DNA of 64,000 nucleotides from Mobula hypostoma (GCF_963921235.1 NC_086097.1:113400001-113464000); one strand, 5' to 3'; shown: positions 24,346 to 37,270, counted from the first letter of the stretch. Program-made: numbers and translations. Notes: generated by a model from the letters alone, not told the origin.

Positions 24346-24940
24346 GGTCGCCATGGTGACCGAGGGCAGCATTATTTGATGGACAGCTAGTGCTTAGATA
24401 AATACAAAGTCAGGGGGTTGTTAGACAAACACACATTGTTTTGGATACTGGGTGAGCCTTGTGTGCCCACAGAAAGGTGGGTTTTGGAGGATCGATCGGG
24501 AGAATCGATCAGTGGCTCTCGCAATGTGGAAAAAGGGTGACCGGTGGGAAGTTATCAGTGTGTGCAACCCTTGCCTGGGTTGATAGCTTCATCACAGAAG
24601 ACAGTCTCCTTTTTGTGGTCAGATTCGGTGACTTTTAAGGATTTCAGAGGACAACGAAGGATTGACGGCATCGGCTTACTCCGACAACCACAACACCTCT
24701 CTCTCTCCACCATTACTCAACTCAATAACACCAACTGAATTGACTTCATTCACCCATCATCGTAAGACTGTATCCTCCCAAGCTTGAAGATGCTGGGCTT
24801 TCATATAGTTCCACACTTATATATATGCATGAATTTTGCTAACTTGTTTGATTTATCTGATTTTTATATTACTGTACTGCATAGTTACTAATAAAATAGC
24901 TTTAATTAACAGCAATACCAGACTCCCCAGGTGTTTTTCC
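24227..24940 (+). mobile_element. Possible solo-LTR-like segment containing a (GA)n microsatellite
   Basis: Starts TGTGATG, has (GA)n at about 24293-24340 and AATAAA near 24890. I found no terminal CA or TSD. Confidence 0.35.
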
Positions 24941-26149
24941 TTTGGAATCCATCGAGAATACTTAAGTACTTTGTTTCAAAAGTTCTAAGTACATTTATTA
25001 TCAAAGTATTATCAGTGTTTCCTAAAAAGTGGTGGGAGACATCAGTAAAAGTAGAATTTGTGAAAATGATTGATGGGGTGATAATAAACATATGGATACT
25101 GCGTGGGTAAGCAGTCTGGGTCAGGTTTCTTTGGAAATTTTGGGTGGGAGTTATGAAGATAGAGGTGCTCGGCAGAATTGCTAATTTTCCCTAATACAGT
25201 TGTCCCCAACCTCCGGGCAGCGAAGCATGCAGGGGTGCAGTGGTAGCCGGAACACACCCAGCACATCTTTAAGAAAAAAGCTAAAATAAACAAGCAACCA
25301 CTGCCCTAACAGATGCCAGAAGATTGGAAAGTGATAAATGTGACACACTTAATCAAGAATTGGTGACTATGGATTAATCCCTTTAACAATGGTGGTGGAT
25401 GAGGTTCTAGAAATAATAACCAAGGAAAATGTTACCAGGTACTTGGAGTAGTTTACATTTTAGTAGAAATGTTGTTTCACTCTTTCTTCAACAAGTGTTA
25501 TTCATTTTGTATTTTCCAATTTTCTGGCACCTCCCTGCATCAAGAGAAGAGTGAACATTATGTCAAGTTCTCCGTAATCACCACACCCCTCACTCTAAAC
25601 TCAATAATCATCCAGGATTCAAGCTAACTGATCCAGGGAATTTATGTCCTTCAGCAAAGTTTTGTTAAAGGGTAGAACACATCTAACTATTCTAATTGTC
25701 TCTTTTGATGAAATAACATGGACTATTGAAAGGACCATATGTTGTCAGTATGGAGGAAGGTAGAGAACTTGACTATCTCTATAAAACTCAGGTCAAGCCA
25801 CAATTAGAGTGCTGCACGAGCCACAAATGGCACATTTTAGAAAGGATGTCAATGTCGACACAGTAGACGAAATTTACAAGTGTTGCCAAAATGTTACAAG
25901 AATCATGGATTTTTATTACAAGGTTACATTGTAACAATTGGGGTCATTCTTAAAGAGAAGAGGGTTGAGGGGATAATCTGAGACATTTCCAAAAATAACA
26001 ATAGTACAAGTAAGGTAGAAAAAGAAAACTAGCTACCACTTGCTGACATATCAAGGATTCAAGTGGGAAGTTTCAAATTTGAAGCAAGAAACAGAGGGAA
26101 TGTGAGAGAGGATTTTTCTAACACAATTAAAATTTGGAATTTGTTCCAC

Positions 26150-28100
26150 ATAGAACATAGAAATGTTGTGCCGACCATGTAACCTACTCTGCAAACTGCC
26201 TAGAACTACCCTCTCTTAAAAGACCCTATTGTATTCACTTCCACCACCGTCGCCAGCTGTGCATTCTAGGCACCCACCACTCCCTGTGGGGAAAAACTTA
26301 CCCCTAACATGTCCTCTGTACCTACCTCCAAGCACCTTAAAACTATGGCCCCTCGTGTTAGCCATTTCAGTCTTGGGAAAAAGCCTCTGGCTACCCACAT
26401 GATCAATGCCTCTCATCATCCATCACTCCAAGGAGAAAAAGCCAAGTTCACTCAACCTATTCAGTTAAGGCACACTCTCCAATCCAGGCAACAACCTTGT
26501 AAATCTCCACCGCACACTCGCTATAGTATGCACATCCTTCCTGCAGTGAGGTAATCAGAACTGAACACAGTATTCCAAGATGTGGGTCTGACCAAGTTCT
26601 TATATAGCTGTAACATTGCCTCATGGCTCTAGATGAATGCCAACACACCATATGCCTTCTTAACAACAGTGTCAACCTGCCGCAGCAGCTTTGAGTGTCC
26701 TATGGACACAAACACAAAGATCTCTCTGATCTTCCACACTGCCTAGTCTTACTATTAATACTATACTCTGTCTTCAAATTTGACCTACCAAAATGAACCA
26801 CTTCACACTTATCTAGGTTGAATTCCAACTGCCACTTCTCAGCCCAGTTCTGCATCCTATCAATGTCCCACTGTAACCTCTGACAACACTCCAGACTATC
26901 CACAACACCCTCAACTTTTGCGTCATCAGCAAACTTACTAACCCATCCTTCTACTTCTTCATCCAGGTCATTTATAAAAATCACAAAGAGTGGTCCTAGA
27001 ACAGATCCCTGCGGAACACCACTGGTCACCACCCTCCATATAGAATACGAACCATCTACAACCACCTGTGGTTACCACCTTCCGTGAGCAAGCCAATTCT
27101 GGATCCACAAGACAAGGTCTCCTTGGATTCCATACCTCCTTACTTTCTGAATGAGCCTTGCACGGGGAATCTTATCAAATGCCTTGCTGAAATCCATATA
27201 CATTACATCCACTGCTCTACCTTCATCAATATAACACACAAAAAAATGCTGGTGAGCGCAGCAGGCGAGGCTGACAAAACGTCGACTGTACCTCTTCCTA
27301 TAGATGCTGCCTAGCCTGCTGCGTTCACCAGCATTTATGTGTGTTGCTTGAATTTCCAGCATCTGCAGATTTCCTCGTGTTTGCCTTCATCAGTGTGTTT
27401 TGTTACATCCTCAAAGAATTCAATCAGGCGCATAAGGGACGACCTGCCTTGACAAAGCTATGTGGACTAATCAGATTATGTCTCTCCAAATGCCCATGTA
27501 TCCTGCCTCTCAGGATCTTCAACAACTTGCCCACCACTGAGGTAAGACTCACTGATCTATAATTCGTACTCCCTTTCTTGCACAAGGGAACAATATTTGC
27601 AACCCTCCAATCCTCCAGTACTTCTCCTGTCCCTATTGTTGATGCAACGATCATTACCAGGGGCTCAGCAATCTCCTCCCTCGCATCCCACAGTAGCCTG
27701 GGGTATATCCTGCCTGGTCCTGGCGACTTATCTAATCTAATGAATTTTTAAAAGCTCCAGCACATCCTCTTTCCTAATGTCTATCTGCTCAAGTGTTTCA
27801 GTCCACTGTAAGTCATTCCCACAACTGCCAAGGTCCTTTTCCCTGGTGGAAAATGAATCGAAGTATTCATTAAGTACCTCTGCTACCTCCTCCAACTCCG
27901 TGCATGTTTCCACTATCACGCCTGATTGGTCCTGTTCTCACACGACTCATCCTCTTTAGCTTCACATACTTGTAGAATGCCTTGGGGTTTTCCTTAATCC
28001 TGCTCATCAAGGTCATGGCCCCTTCAAGCTCTCCTAATTTAATTTTTAAGCTCCTTCCTGGCAACCTCATAATTTTCTAGAACTCCATCAGTACTTATCT
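26150..28100 (-). mobile_element. Older decayed CR1 containing a Penelope-type insertion
   Basis: ORF fragments GVPQGSVLGP, FADD, YMDFSKAFDK, IKENPKAFYKYV. catagaacatagaa tail near 26150. Confidence 0.88.
27231..27383 (+). mobile_element. Penelope-type terminal fragment with a short 5' inversion and TSD
   Basis: TSD CCTTCATCA at 27220-27228 and 27384-27392. The first ~40 nt are an inverted copy of the body. Same family as 30478-30707. Confidence 0.75.
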
Positions 28101-30477
28101 TTTGCAAGGATATTGGAAAAAGCAATTGATTTCAGATTTTAAAAATGGTATGAGATAAAAAAAAATAATCTATAGGACTATATAGATAGAGCAGTGGAAT
28201 GGACCTGACTGGATTCTTCTAAAGAAAGCCACATGGTTTCCTCTTGTGCCATTAATGCCTTCATGTCTACGACCAAATGATAGCAAGGAAAACAATATAA
28301 CTCTTTGATATGGATAGTTTATAGTTGTCTGGGTAGTAGACATAAAACAGTAATATAAAAAATTGAGATGCTATCTTTCTAAGCTATTAAAAAATTCAGA
28401 GTTTTGTAGTATTTGAGGGAATGACAATATATCATTTAGAAATAAAGCGCGGAGCAGTCCATTCTAGCCCAATGAGCTGCACTGCCCAACATCCCACCTA
28501 TATAACCTCAGACTAATCACTGGACAATTTACAAAGACCAGTTAACCAGTACACCTTTGAAATATGGGAGGAAACCAAATCAGAGAGCTTAGTGCCATTT
28601 AAAAAATGCACTCATCTCCTTGCATATTAAAGGGAAACAAATTTCAAGGACAATTTATTTAAAAACCTTATTTCAAGGTTTTTAGATAAATTGTTCACAA
28701 ACGCCTCATGTTCACTGATTTTATAAGATTATGAAAGATTTATTTTACACACTAATGCACCCTGCAGTAAGCACCAACAATTTAGACATTTCTAGATACT
28801 CAAAGGATTTCTATGAATATTTTATTTTAACACTGACCTGTGATGGGCCTGATAATTATCACTAAAAAATGTATGCCACTGATAAACTGAGAAAATATAT
28901 TAAATGAAGTCAATAAAGTAAATTTTGAGATTATCCTCTTTGAGTGCAAAAGCAAGTCAGAGTATTTTCTAAATGGCAAAAAGCTTGGAAATGTCAATGT
29001 ACAGATGTACCCTAGCTAGTGAATTTAACATTTTGTAAACCTTTACATTAAGGGTATAAAGGCCTTTGATTAGATCCCATCTCAGTAGAGTATGCAATTC
29101 TTGTCCTCTTATATCAAACCGATTTATATTGTTCCCACAGTTAAAATGTCTAATACCAGGGAGCATGCAGTTCGATTGAGTGGCCTACACATCAAAGAAG
29201 ATGAGCGGGGCAAGTTATTTATTTATTTAACACACACAGAATGGTGGGTGCCTAGAATGTGCTGCCTAGGGCAATGCTGGTCTTGGTGTGTAGTTTTTCA
29301 TTGATTCTATAGTATTTTTTTCTTCTACTGTAAAGGCCTGTAAGAAAATGAATCTCAGGGTAGCACTTGGTGACACATACATACTACAATAATAGGTTTA
29401 CTTTGAACTTTGTTTCTATGTTCTAGAGAGAGATATATATATACAGAATCACCAGAATGAAACAAAGGGCAAAAGCATTGAAAAGGAAAGACAAGTTGCA
29501 TAGACATGGATAAAGTAAATGTTAAAGCCAAAAAAGTCTGCTGATGCACAAGCAAAGAAATTATTTCTTCTAATGGACAGAAAGACTGAGTATACACGGC
29601 TTTCAGATTTGTGCTAGGTCATTTCAATGTGGTCTTAAAGTGCCTCTTCACAAATGACATTGGGAATATGAACATAGAAAACGTAATCAAAATCCATGTT
29701 ATTTTTTAAATGCAGAAATGGCAACCACACATGATTTGATATGTTTTGCAGTAGCTAGACATATTTTCTCTTGAAGTCCCACCTCTACAAAAATTAAGAC
29801 TAGGTACTTCCTGATTGAGTTTGTTTATTATCACCTGACTATATATGTACAAACAAAACAACATTCCTCTGGACCACAGTGCACCCACAAAACAAATAAC
29901 ACACACAGCACATAAAACAAAATATTGCCACAAATAAGTTAAAATATAACTCAAAGTGTATGAAATGTGAAGCACAGGTTAACAGTAAACAGCACAGTGA
30001 ACAGCTCTCTGTCTTAGTGATAAGACCTTGATGGTAGCAAGGTATTCATTAGTCTCACAGCCTAAGGGAAGAAGCTGTTAACTAGACTAGCAGTTCTAGT
30101 CCTGATGCTCTGTACCTCTTTCCTGACATAGTGGGTCAAAGATATTGTGGGATGCATGGTAGGGATCCTCAACAATGTTTTGGGCCCTTCTTATACAATG
30201 CTTCTGGTAAATGTCAAAATCTCAGTGGTTTTTACAATCCTCTATAGGGTCTCGCAGTTTGATGCCTTGCAGCTTCCATACCACACAATGAAGGAGTCAG
30301 ACAGGATGATCCTGTGGAACATTGCTAGAATGGGGGCAGTGAACCTTGCACAACCCTCTCATAATCTTTTCAGTTATTATTCACCTTAATATTGATTTAC
30401 AGTCGAATTTTTTCAGCTGCAATGACATTATCAATGTGTAATATTGTTTAACATTGGAAATAGGATCAGAAAATAAT

Positions 30478-30707
30478 ATGCAACACACATCAAAGTTGCT
30501 GGTGAACGCAGCAGGCCAAGCAGCATCTATAGGAAGAGGCGCAGTCGACGTTTCAGGCCGAGACCCTTCGTCAGGACATGACGAAGGGTCTCGGCCTGAA
30601 ACGTCGACTGCGCCTCTTCCTATAGATGCTGCTTGGCCTGCTGCGTTCACCAGCAACTTTGATGTGTGTTGCTTGAATTTCCAGCATCTGCAGAATTCCT
30701 GTTGTTT
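30478..30707 (+). mobile_element. Penelope-like element terminus with an inverted 5' copy (perfect palindrome) and 12-bp TSD
   Basis: Arms 30480-30573 and 30579-30672 are exact reverse complements. TSD TCAGAAAATAAT at 30466-30477 and 30708-30719. Carries the hammerhead core CTGACGA...GAAACGTC. Confidence 0.85.
30542..30577 (-). ncRNA. Minimal type I hammerhead ribozyme motif (Penelope-associated)
   Basis: Minus strand GUC-CUGACGA-AGGGUCUCGGCCU-GAAA-CGUC-GAC: complete core, stem II, palindromic ACGU stem III and a short helix I. Activity is untested. Confidence 0.65.
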
Positions 30708-31453
30708 TCAGAAAATAATTATGTTGTGGCCCCTATAATCAACACAGTTCAACTAGGAGTACACACTACTGAAAGTCATGAAACCTGCACGCTTTAAAAT
30801 CTCCGTGAAATTCTCCAAGTTCATTGCAAGGTAAAAACAAACTCTGTATCTCTTCCAGCACAATATTCCCCATATCAAGTCCTTAGATATATGAGTATTT
30901 GATAATGTGCGAACCGACCCAAGACTGCATAGATTTGACGAGTTGAATTTATTTAGATGACCAACTGCGCTCACAAGATGCCAATTACTGCCCCACTCCC
31001 GGTTTCGTTTAGGACAATATTTTGAACAGAAGACCGCAGATAGTGGAATCTAGACCAACACAAAACACTGAAGAAACTCAGGGTCAGGCAGCATCTGCAG
31101 AACGAAATAGACAGTCGACATCTCAGATTGAAATCTTTCATCTCGACTCAAAGACAGAGGGCTACTGTTATGATGTGAGTTTCTCCAGCTTCCGGTTCGT
31201 TGAACTATTCTTAATGTTTGAATGCAGACCTGTCAGTTTATACAAGTTCTTGTGCGCGCTTCTTACAACTTCCCTTTCTAATGTGAACATGGCTCTGTGT
31301 GGGAATTAATTTACTCACTGCCCCCACCGGATAATCTCAATAGCTCAAGGCCACCCATTCACAAGTATCACCAAACACACTACACGTGGTCCCTGTATGG
31401 CCAGGCCCAGGTTTTCCAGCGTCGCTCAGGTAACCTCCTGCGTAACCACTCAC

Positions 31454-31523
31454 CTCGGTGAATATCTATTTTTGTTTCTCTAACGTAATCATCCGGATTT
31501 CTAGACAGGATCTTCACTTTCAT
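31454..31523 (-). CDS. DCAF13: DCAF13 (WDSOF1/Sof1 family) coding exon 1, 70 nt
   Basis: The reverse strand reads ATG AAA GTG AAG ATC... = MKVKILSRNPDDYVRETKIDIHR, then G|GTGAGT donor. This matches the Sof1/DCAF13 N-terminus (MKVKxLSRNPDxYVRETK). Phase 1 fits exon 2. Confidence 0.96.
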
Positions 31524-31837
31524 TTTAAAATCCCATCCGACTCCAGCGACATCTAAATCAGGCCGGTTTTTTTTCCGCGATCACCACTTGTCTCCTCAGC
31601 AACCCGACGGAAGCGTTTCTGGGTCACGTGATAGGGAAGCGGACGATGACGTCAAGACGTACGAGAGGAGTGGATAGGATGGCGACGAAACGAGTGCTGC
31701 GTCATGTCGTCATGAGCGTTGCTGATGGCATTGTTAGAGTTGCGCATGCGCGGAGTTGGGAGTCCCGGGTCGGTGTGATCCGTGCTGTGTCTGCAAGTGA
31801 TTATCGCCCTTAGCCATCACGGTTTGCTGGCGAGAGG
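31524..31837. promoter_or_regulatory. Bidirectional CpG-rich promoter shared by DCAF13 and SLC25A32
   Basis: 314 bp between divergent ATGs, locally CpG-rich (about 31300-32450). Motifs: ETS CGGAAG 31608-31613, E-box GTCACGTGA 31623-31631, CRE TGACGTCA 31647-31654, YY1-like GATGGCG near 31678, NRF1 TGCGCATGCGC 31741-31751. Confidence 0.88.
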
Positions 31838-32006
31838 ATGTCACCGGGAGCCGGCCCGGCCCCGGAGCCCGATGTCACCTGGGCAGCGGCATTCCTGCGC
31901 TTTGTTAATTTGGTGAAGTACGAGAACCTGGTGGCCGGCGTCAGCGGCGGAGTGGTGTCGACCCTGGTACTGCACCCGCTGGACCTCGTCAAGATCAGGT
32001 TCGCAG
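31838..32006 (+). CDS. SLC25A32: SLC25A32 mitochondrial folate/FAD carrier coding exon 1, 169 nt
   Basis: MSPGAGP...[29 protein letters not shown] contains the carrier signature PLDLVKIR. Donor G|GTAAAC. Confidence 0.95.
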
Positions 32007-33669
32007 GTAAACAAAGTCCCTGCCCTCCCCTAGCTCCCGAGCAACGTGAAACCGTGTGTAAGTCGGGCGCCAGTGGCCGAAAGTACAAACCACGTGTCAG
32101 TGAGCCGGGGTCGCCGTATTTCCGAGCGACATACAGTATACCTAGTGTATGCTGACTCATACTGCAAATCAATTAACCCCCCCCCCCAGTATTTACCCCT
32201 GTACTTCATTCTTGCCATACACCCCCTCCCCACACGCCCTCCTATTCTACCTCTCACAAGGAGTAGTTTTAACTGGCTGGCTAACTAATTAACCAACCAA
32301 CCAACCACGCTTCTTTTAGGATGTGGGCGTTAATCGCTGCACCCGGCGGAAACACCGCGGTTAGAAGGCGAAGGTCCAAATTCTAGTCGTCGCCGGAGTT
32401 CCAGGTTGAATCCAGGGACCTGACGATGTTAGGCGGCAGCAGCAGCTCTATTATCTGTGCTGCTGTGAGTGTAAAGTGCACGGTTGGGAGTATGGATGTT
32501 GGGATCAGTAGGTAGGATTGTCAGATGCTGGAAATCCAGAGCGACGCACAAAATGTTGGAGGAACTCAGCATTTGCGAACCATACTGGGAGGTGGATTGT
32601 GAGAGCTGTGCTTTTATTTAAACAAGACCTTTTTTATTTGCAAAATTGGAAAGTTACTAAAATGTTATCTCCTTAATTAGCGGAGGTCAATCAATCAGGC
32701 GACAATCAGCTCCGTTTATGGTTGACTAAAATCTTTAGTGTCTGATGTATTGGCGGCACAAGTTCAGGTCATGATCATGCAGACTCCGCGCAAGCAGGAG
32801 CCTTTCCTATATTTTTCTCGGTCAAGTCTGTTACGTGTGGAAAGAGACACCTCCTCAACCAAGCCTTATCCCTGTGAAATCTAGTTGGAGTTATTAAGCA
32901 TAACAGTGGAGACTGAGTACTTTCATGGAGTGCATATGTTAAATTCAGGATGTGTGCGCAAGGTCCTTTTTTTTATTCCTAGAGGCAGAACGTGTACAAT
33001 AGCGTTGCTGGCTCGCAGCTACCGCGATTTGGGTTCTGTCCTGAACATGGCTGTGTCCCGTTTGGAGTTTGCACGTTCTCCTTGTGTCTGACTTTCCCTG
33101 GGCTGGTTCTCATCCCTTTGGCAGCCCAGAGAGTGCTGTTGAGTAAGTTGATTGGAGACTGTAAGATAGGCACGTGAGAGAAGTTGGCATGTAGACGTAA
33201 TGGGTTGAAGCCTCCATTATCATCATTATGTGCCATGCCATGTCCTATGACGTGGTGATCTTCACCTTGACCATGATTGTTCATGGCAAATTTTTCTTAC
33301 TGAAATGGTCTGCCATTGCTGCCTTCTGGGCGGCGGGTGACCGCAGCCATTATCAAAGATTCAGAAATGTCTGCCTGGCATCAGTGGTTTGCATAACCAG
33401 GAGTTGCGATATGTACCAACTGCTCATATGACCATCTACCATTTGCTCCCATGGCTTTGCGTGACCCTGATCTTGGGGGCGCTACTCCTTGCAAAGGGTG
33501 ATCTGCAGTCTAGTGGAGGGAAGGAGTACCTTGCACTTCCTTTGGTGGAGACCGCCATCTTTTCCATTAGAAGTATGTGTGTTCTGGGGGCATCATTTAT
33601 ACGTCATCATGCAGGGAGAGAGCCATGAATTGGGTGGCTTAAGTTTTTTACTTCAAGACAAAATGCGGA

Positions 33670-33920
33670 ACTGACCCTTCCAGCCCACTGAGCCGCACTG
33701 CCCAGCAGCCCAATCATTTAACCCGAGCCTAATCACAGAACAACTTACAATGGCGAATTAACTTACTAATCATTACGTCCTTGGACTGTGGCAGGAAACC
33801 AGAGCACCTGAAGGAAACCCATGTGGTCACAGGGAGAACATCCTTACAGATGGCACTGGACTTGAACCCCAAACTGATTTGTATTAGCATCGTGTTAACT
33901 GCAGCACTACTGTGGCACCC
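33670..33920 (-). mobile_element. HE1/V-SINE-like tRNA SINE (other copies at about 28440-28580, 32300-32460, 40430-40590, 51050-51270 and 59360-59670)
   Basis: The recurrent motif ttggactgtgg(g/c)aggaaaccagagcacc...gaaacc is followed by reverse-complement B and A boxes (gaacccggg; ctactgtgccaccc). Confidence 0.65.
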
Positions 33921-34072
33921 ATAAAGTGTAATCTACCTGCATGCAGCTTTGAGAAAAAGTGTTATGGCATTTACTGCACATATTCCATAGTTTTACTAAA
34001 GACTAACCAAAACTGGATCTTGGGAAGATATTTGATTTGATCTTTAAAATGTGTTTTTTTTTTGCTGTGCAG

Positions 34073-34223
34073 TGAGTGATGGCTTGCAGGTAAGACCTAA
34101 ATACAATGGAATTCTACATTGCATCAAAAGCATCTGGAAGGCTGATGGAATTCAAGGGCTCTATCAAGGAGTAACCCCCAATGTCTGGGGCGCAGGATTG
34201 TCTTGGGGATTATATTTCTTTTT
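34073..34223 (+). CDS. SLC25A32: SLC25A32 exon 2, 151 nt
   Basis: Polypyrimidine tract + cag acceptor. Encodes (V)[49 protein letters not shown]. Donor GTAAGT. Confidence 0.96.
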
Positions 34224-34584
34224 GTAAGTATAACAAATATTTTTTGTAAGTTAGAAATTCCTTGTTACTGGGCTGAATTGTGTTGAACCAGGCCTGCTGT
34301 CCAGAATCACTGCTTAATATCCTGTCATGCTCACAGTAACGTGGGATGGCCCATGCCGATCCGGAGTCCAGCAGCATGATATGGAAAGCAAATGTCACCA
34401 GGCAGTGAATTGCAAACTTCATGCCCTGAGATGCTTGCCAGATGACAAAGCGGGAGCTGCAGATTTGCTCACTATGTCTGGTGTAATTCATTTTAATAAT
34501 CTTTAAATCTTTGGCATTTGAAGCATGGGTTTTTGAAGTAAACTTTAATCAGCAAATAAGTATATCAATTATTAATGTGTATAA

Positions 34585-34698
34585 AAAACACGAGATACTG
34601 CTGATGTTGGAACTCTTAATGGAGAAAATCAACAGGTCAGGCAGCAGTGGGGGGAATGAACAGTTGATATTTCAGGCTGAGACCCTTCATCAGGACAG
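34585..34698 (-). mobile_element. Decayed Penelope-type terminus (similar relics at about 31040-31150, 32520-32570 and 36500-36735)
   Basis: The reverse complement contains GTCCTGATGAAGGGTCTCAGCCTGAAATATCAAC, a CpG-decayed hammerhead. Confidence 0.65.
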
Positions 34699-35010
34699 TG
34701 TGTATCTGTTGGCCAATTAAAATCAGATTCTTTATAGTAACGTCTCCTTGACTCAAATTTTGCTGGGAGTAGCTCTGAGTTCCTCACAGAACCCTTGGCA
34801 TTTCTCAGCATTTGTGCTTATGGGTTTTGAGGCTCCCGTACAAAGGCCAAAAACCCAAACTTAAAGGATAGGCTGGGCTTTCACTGGGGAATCTTTCCCA
34901 GGTCTGGGAGAGAAGAAGAAAGTAAGACAGAAAAATACTGCAAGTGCTCAGCAGGGCAAGCAGCTTTAGTTGGCAGAGAAATGGCTTCAGTCACCACACT
35001 ATCAGAAGGT

Positions 35011-35318
35011 GTGGGCGCGTGGCCAAGTGGTTAAGGCATTCGTCTAGTGATTTGAAGGTCGCTAGTTGGAGCCTTGGCTGAGGCAGCGTGTTGTGTCCTT
35101 GAGCAAGGCACTTCACCACACATTGCTCTGTGACGATACTGGTGCCAAACTGTATGGGTCCTAATGCCCTTCCCTTGGACAACATCGCTGGTGTGGAGAG
35201 GGGAGATTTGCAGCATGGGCAACTGCTGGTCTTCCATACAACCTTGCCCAGGCTTGCTCCCTGGAAACCTTCGAAGGCGCAAATCCATGGTCTCACGAGA
35301 CTACCAGATGCCGATAAA
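35011..35318 (+). mobile_element. tRNA-derived CORE-type SINE
   Basis: A box TGGCCAAGTGG, degenerate B box AGTTGGAGCC, CORE-like GTGTCCTTGAGCAAGGCACTT. Related reverse-strand pieces at about 36426-36502 and 39085-39235. Confidence 0.75.
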
Positions 35319-37270
35319 TCAGAAGGTCGCAGAGGTTTTGGCACGGCTGCAGAAGAGATTCACCAAAATGTTGCTTTTATTGGACTGTACTGTCTATAAA
35401 GAGAGGTTTTCTCTGGAGGCTGAGGGCCAACCTGATAGAGGTATATAAAGTTGTGAGGGGCATAAGTTGGGTATGTGGGTCAGTGTCCTTTTGCCAGGGT
35501 GGAAGTAGTAAGGTGAGGCGGTGGGGGGGAATTTAAAGGGAATGTGTGAGGCAAATTTTAACAGTGTTGCAGGTGATTGGAAGGTGGTAGAATGAGATAC
35601 AATAGTAATGTTTAAAGGCATTCAGACAGATACATGAGCATGCAGGGAATGGAAGGATAGAGAGCATGTGCAGGCATATGTGATTACATCAGATATGGGC
35701 CTCTTCTGTACTGTTTTGTTCTTTCAATCAAGCTGAAAAAGTAAAAAATGAGCATGTTTTAAGTTGCAAAGAAGGTGATTTGGAGAATGGTGAGTCTCCC
35801 CCGCCCTGCCATTCAGAAGCGCTGCATTCGCAGAGCTCTCAGCATTGTCATTGAACCTTCCCATCCATCCCACAATCAGAAGGTACCACAGTATAATAGC
35901 GAAGACTGCTGAGCTGGACAACAGCTTCTTTCCCCAGGCTGTGTAACACCCTGCTACCACCCAGTTCACATTATTTATGACAGCACCGGTAGCATTATAC
36001 TATTTTACTATATATATACACACACACACACATACACATTTTATGTCAACAGAATCCTTTTTATGTCAACAGAATCCTTTATCTGTTAATATTATTTTAT
36101 GTGCTGTGTGTTATACACGTACTGTAATTTGCACAGTGGAATGTGTTCCTCTAACCCCTATGTGTTCATGTCTCTTGTAAATGCCTCTTAAGCATTGCAA
36201 TTCCATTTGTTTCTACCATCTCTCATGGCTTATAAAGGGTGATTTTTCTTCTCCATTTTGATTGTTCCTGTATCACATTTGGCGATAGAAATTAGGTACA
36301 TCTGGGTAAGTATGATATTTGAAGATTAAATGCATTACTATAAACAAACTTTAACAAATTTTGATCCTTTGACAAAAAAAATGATTAAACTTATTTCATC
36401 TTAAATCGTTTACCCCCTTCCTCCAGAGCAATGTGTGGTTAAGTGCCTTGCTCAAGGACACAACACGCTGCCTCAGCCAAGGCTCGAACTAATGACCTTC
36501 AGCCTGCATTCTCACTCACCTGGTTTCACCTATCATTTGCCAACTTCTACTCCGTTCCCCCCCCCACCAACCATCTTATTATGGCTTCTTGCCCTTACTT
36601 TCCAGTCCTTATGAAGGGTTTCAACCCAATACATCAACTGTTTATTCATTTCCCTAGCTGTTGCCTGACCTGTTGAGTTTCTCCAGCATTTTGTGTGTTG
36701 CTTTGGATTTCTAGCATCTGCAGAACCTCTTGTGGTTATGGGGGCATGGTGTTTTGATTTGATGATGTTGGTGTTGTTGCTGCTGAACATTTGGGCATGC
36801 TATGTTAGCACTGAAATGTGTGGTGATACTTGTGGACTGCCCACAGCACATCCTGGCAAGTGCTGATTTTTTAAATGCAAAATAACATTATTTCTCTACA
36901 TATTTCAGTGCGCGTGTCATAAACAAATTTGAATTGAACCATGCCTTCTTGTATGAATATATGTGAATAATCCTTTATTTCAATGTGGATAGCTAGTCAA
37001 GGCTCAAAAGCCACATGGAATCTGTTGCTTTGCTGTACCCAGTTCTGTGTGTGAACAAGTAATTAATGTTTCCTTAAATTAATGATTTTTATTTGTGCAG
37101 CCCAACTGAAAATATTCAAGTATGAAAAAACTAATTAGTTTCTTGCTATGAAAATTATTCAAGTAGAGGTTTTTTTTTTAGTAGTTGATATAGTTTGAAG
37201 GTGTGTAAGAAAAGAGAGTATCTTTGGTGTTGCCAATCATCGCTAAATGTTAAATGTATGCTACTTACAG

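Noticed and set aside
30381..30738. Two ORFs on opposite strands with near-identical peptide sequence
   Set aside because: A direct consequence of the DNA palindrome, not a gene.
31628..31813. Possible uORF upstream of SLC25A32 (ATGs at 31646 and 31679)
   Set aside because: It overlaps the promoter motifs and probably starts upstream of the TSS. It cannot be supported without TSS data.
35011..35085. tRNA-like sequence with A and B boxes (also 20336-20405)
   Set aside because: These are SINE heads running into SINE bodies, with no complete cloverleaf.
36038..36085. Tandem duplication of ttttatgtcaacagaatcctt; also a ~95-bp imperfect direct repeat at about 41305 and 41546
   Set aside because: Ordinary slippage or tandem duplication inside LINE tails. 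Not a CRISPR-like array: only two units and no spacers.
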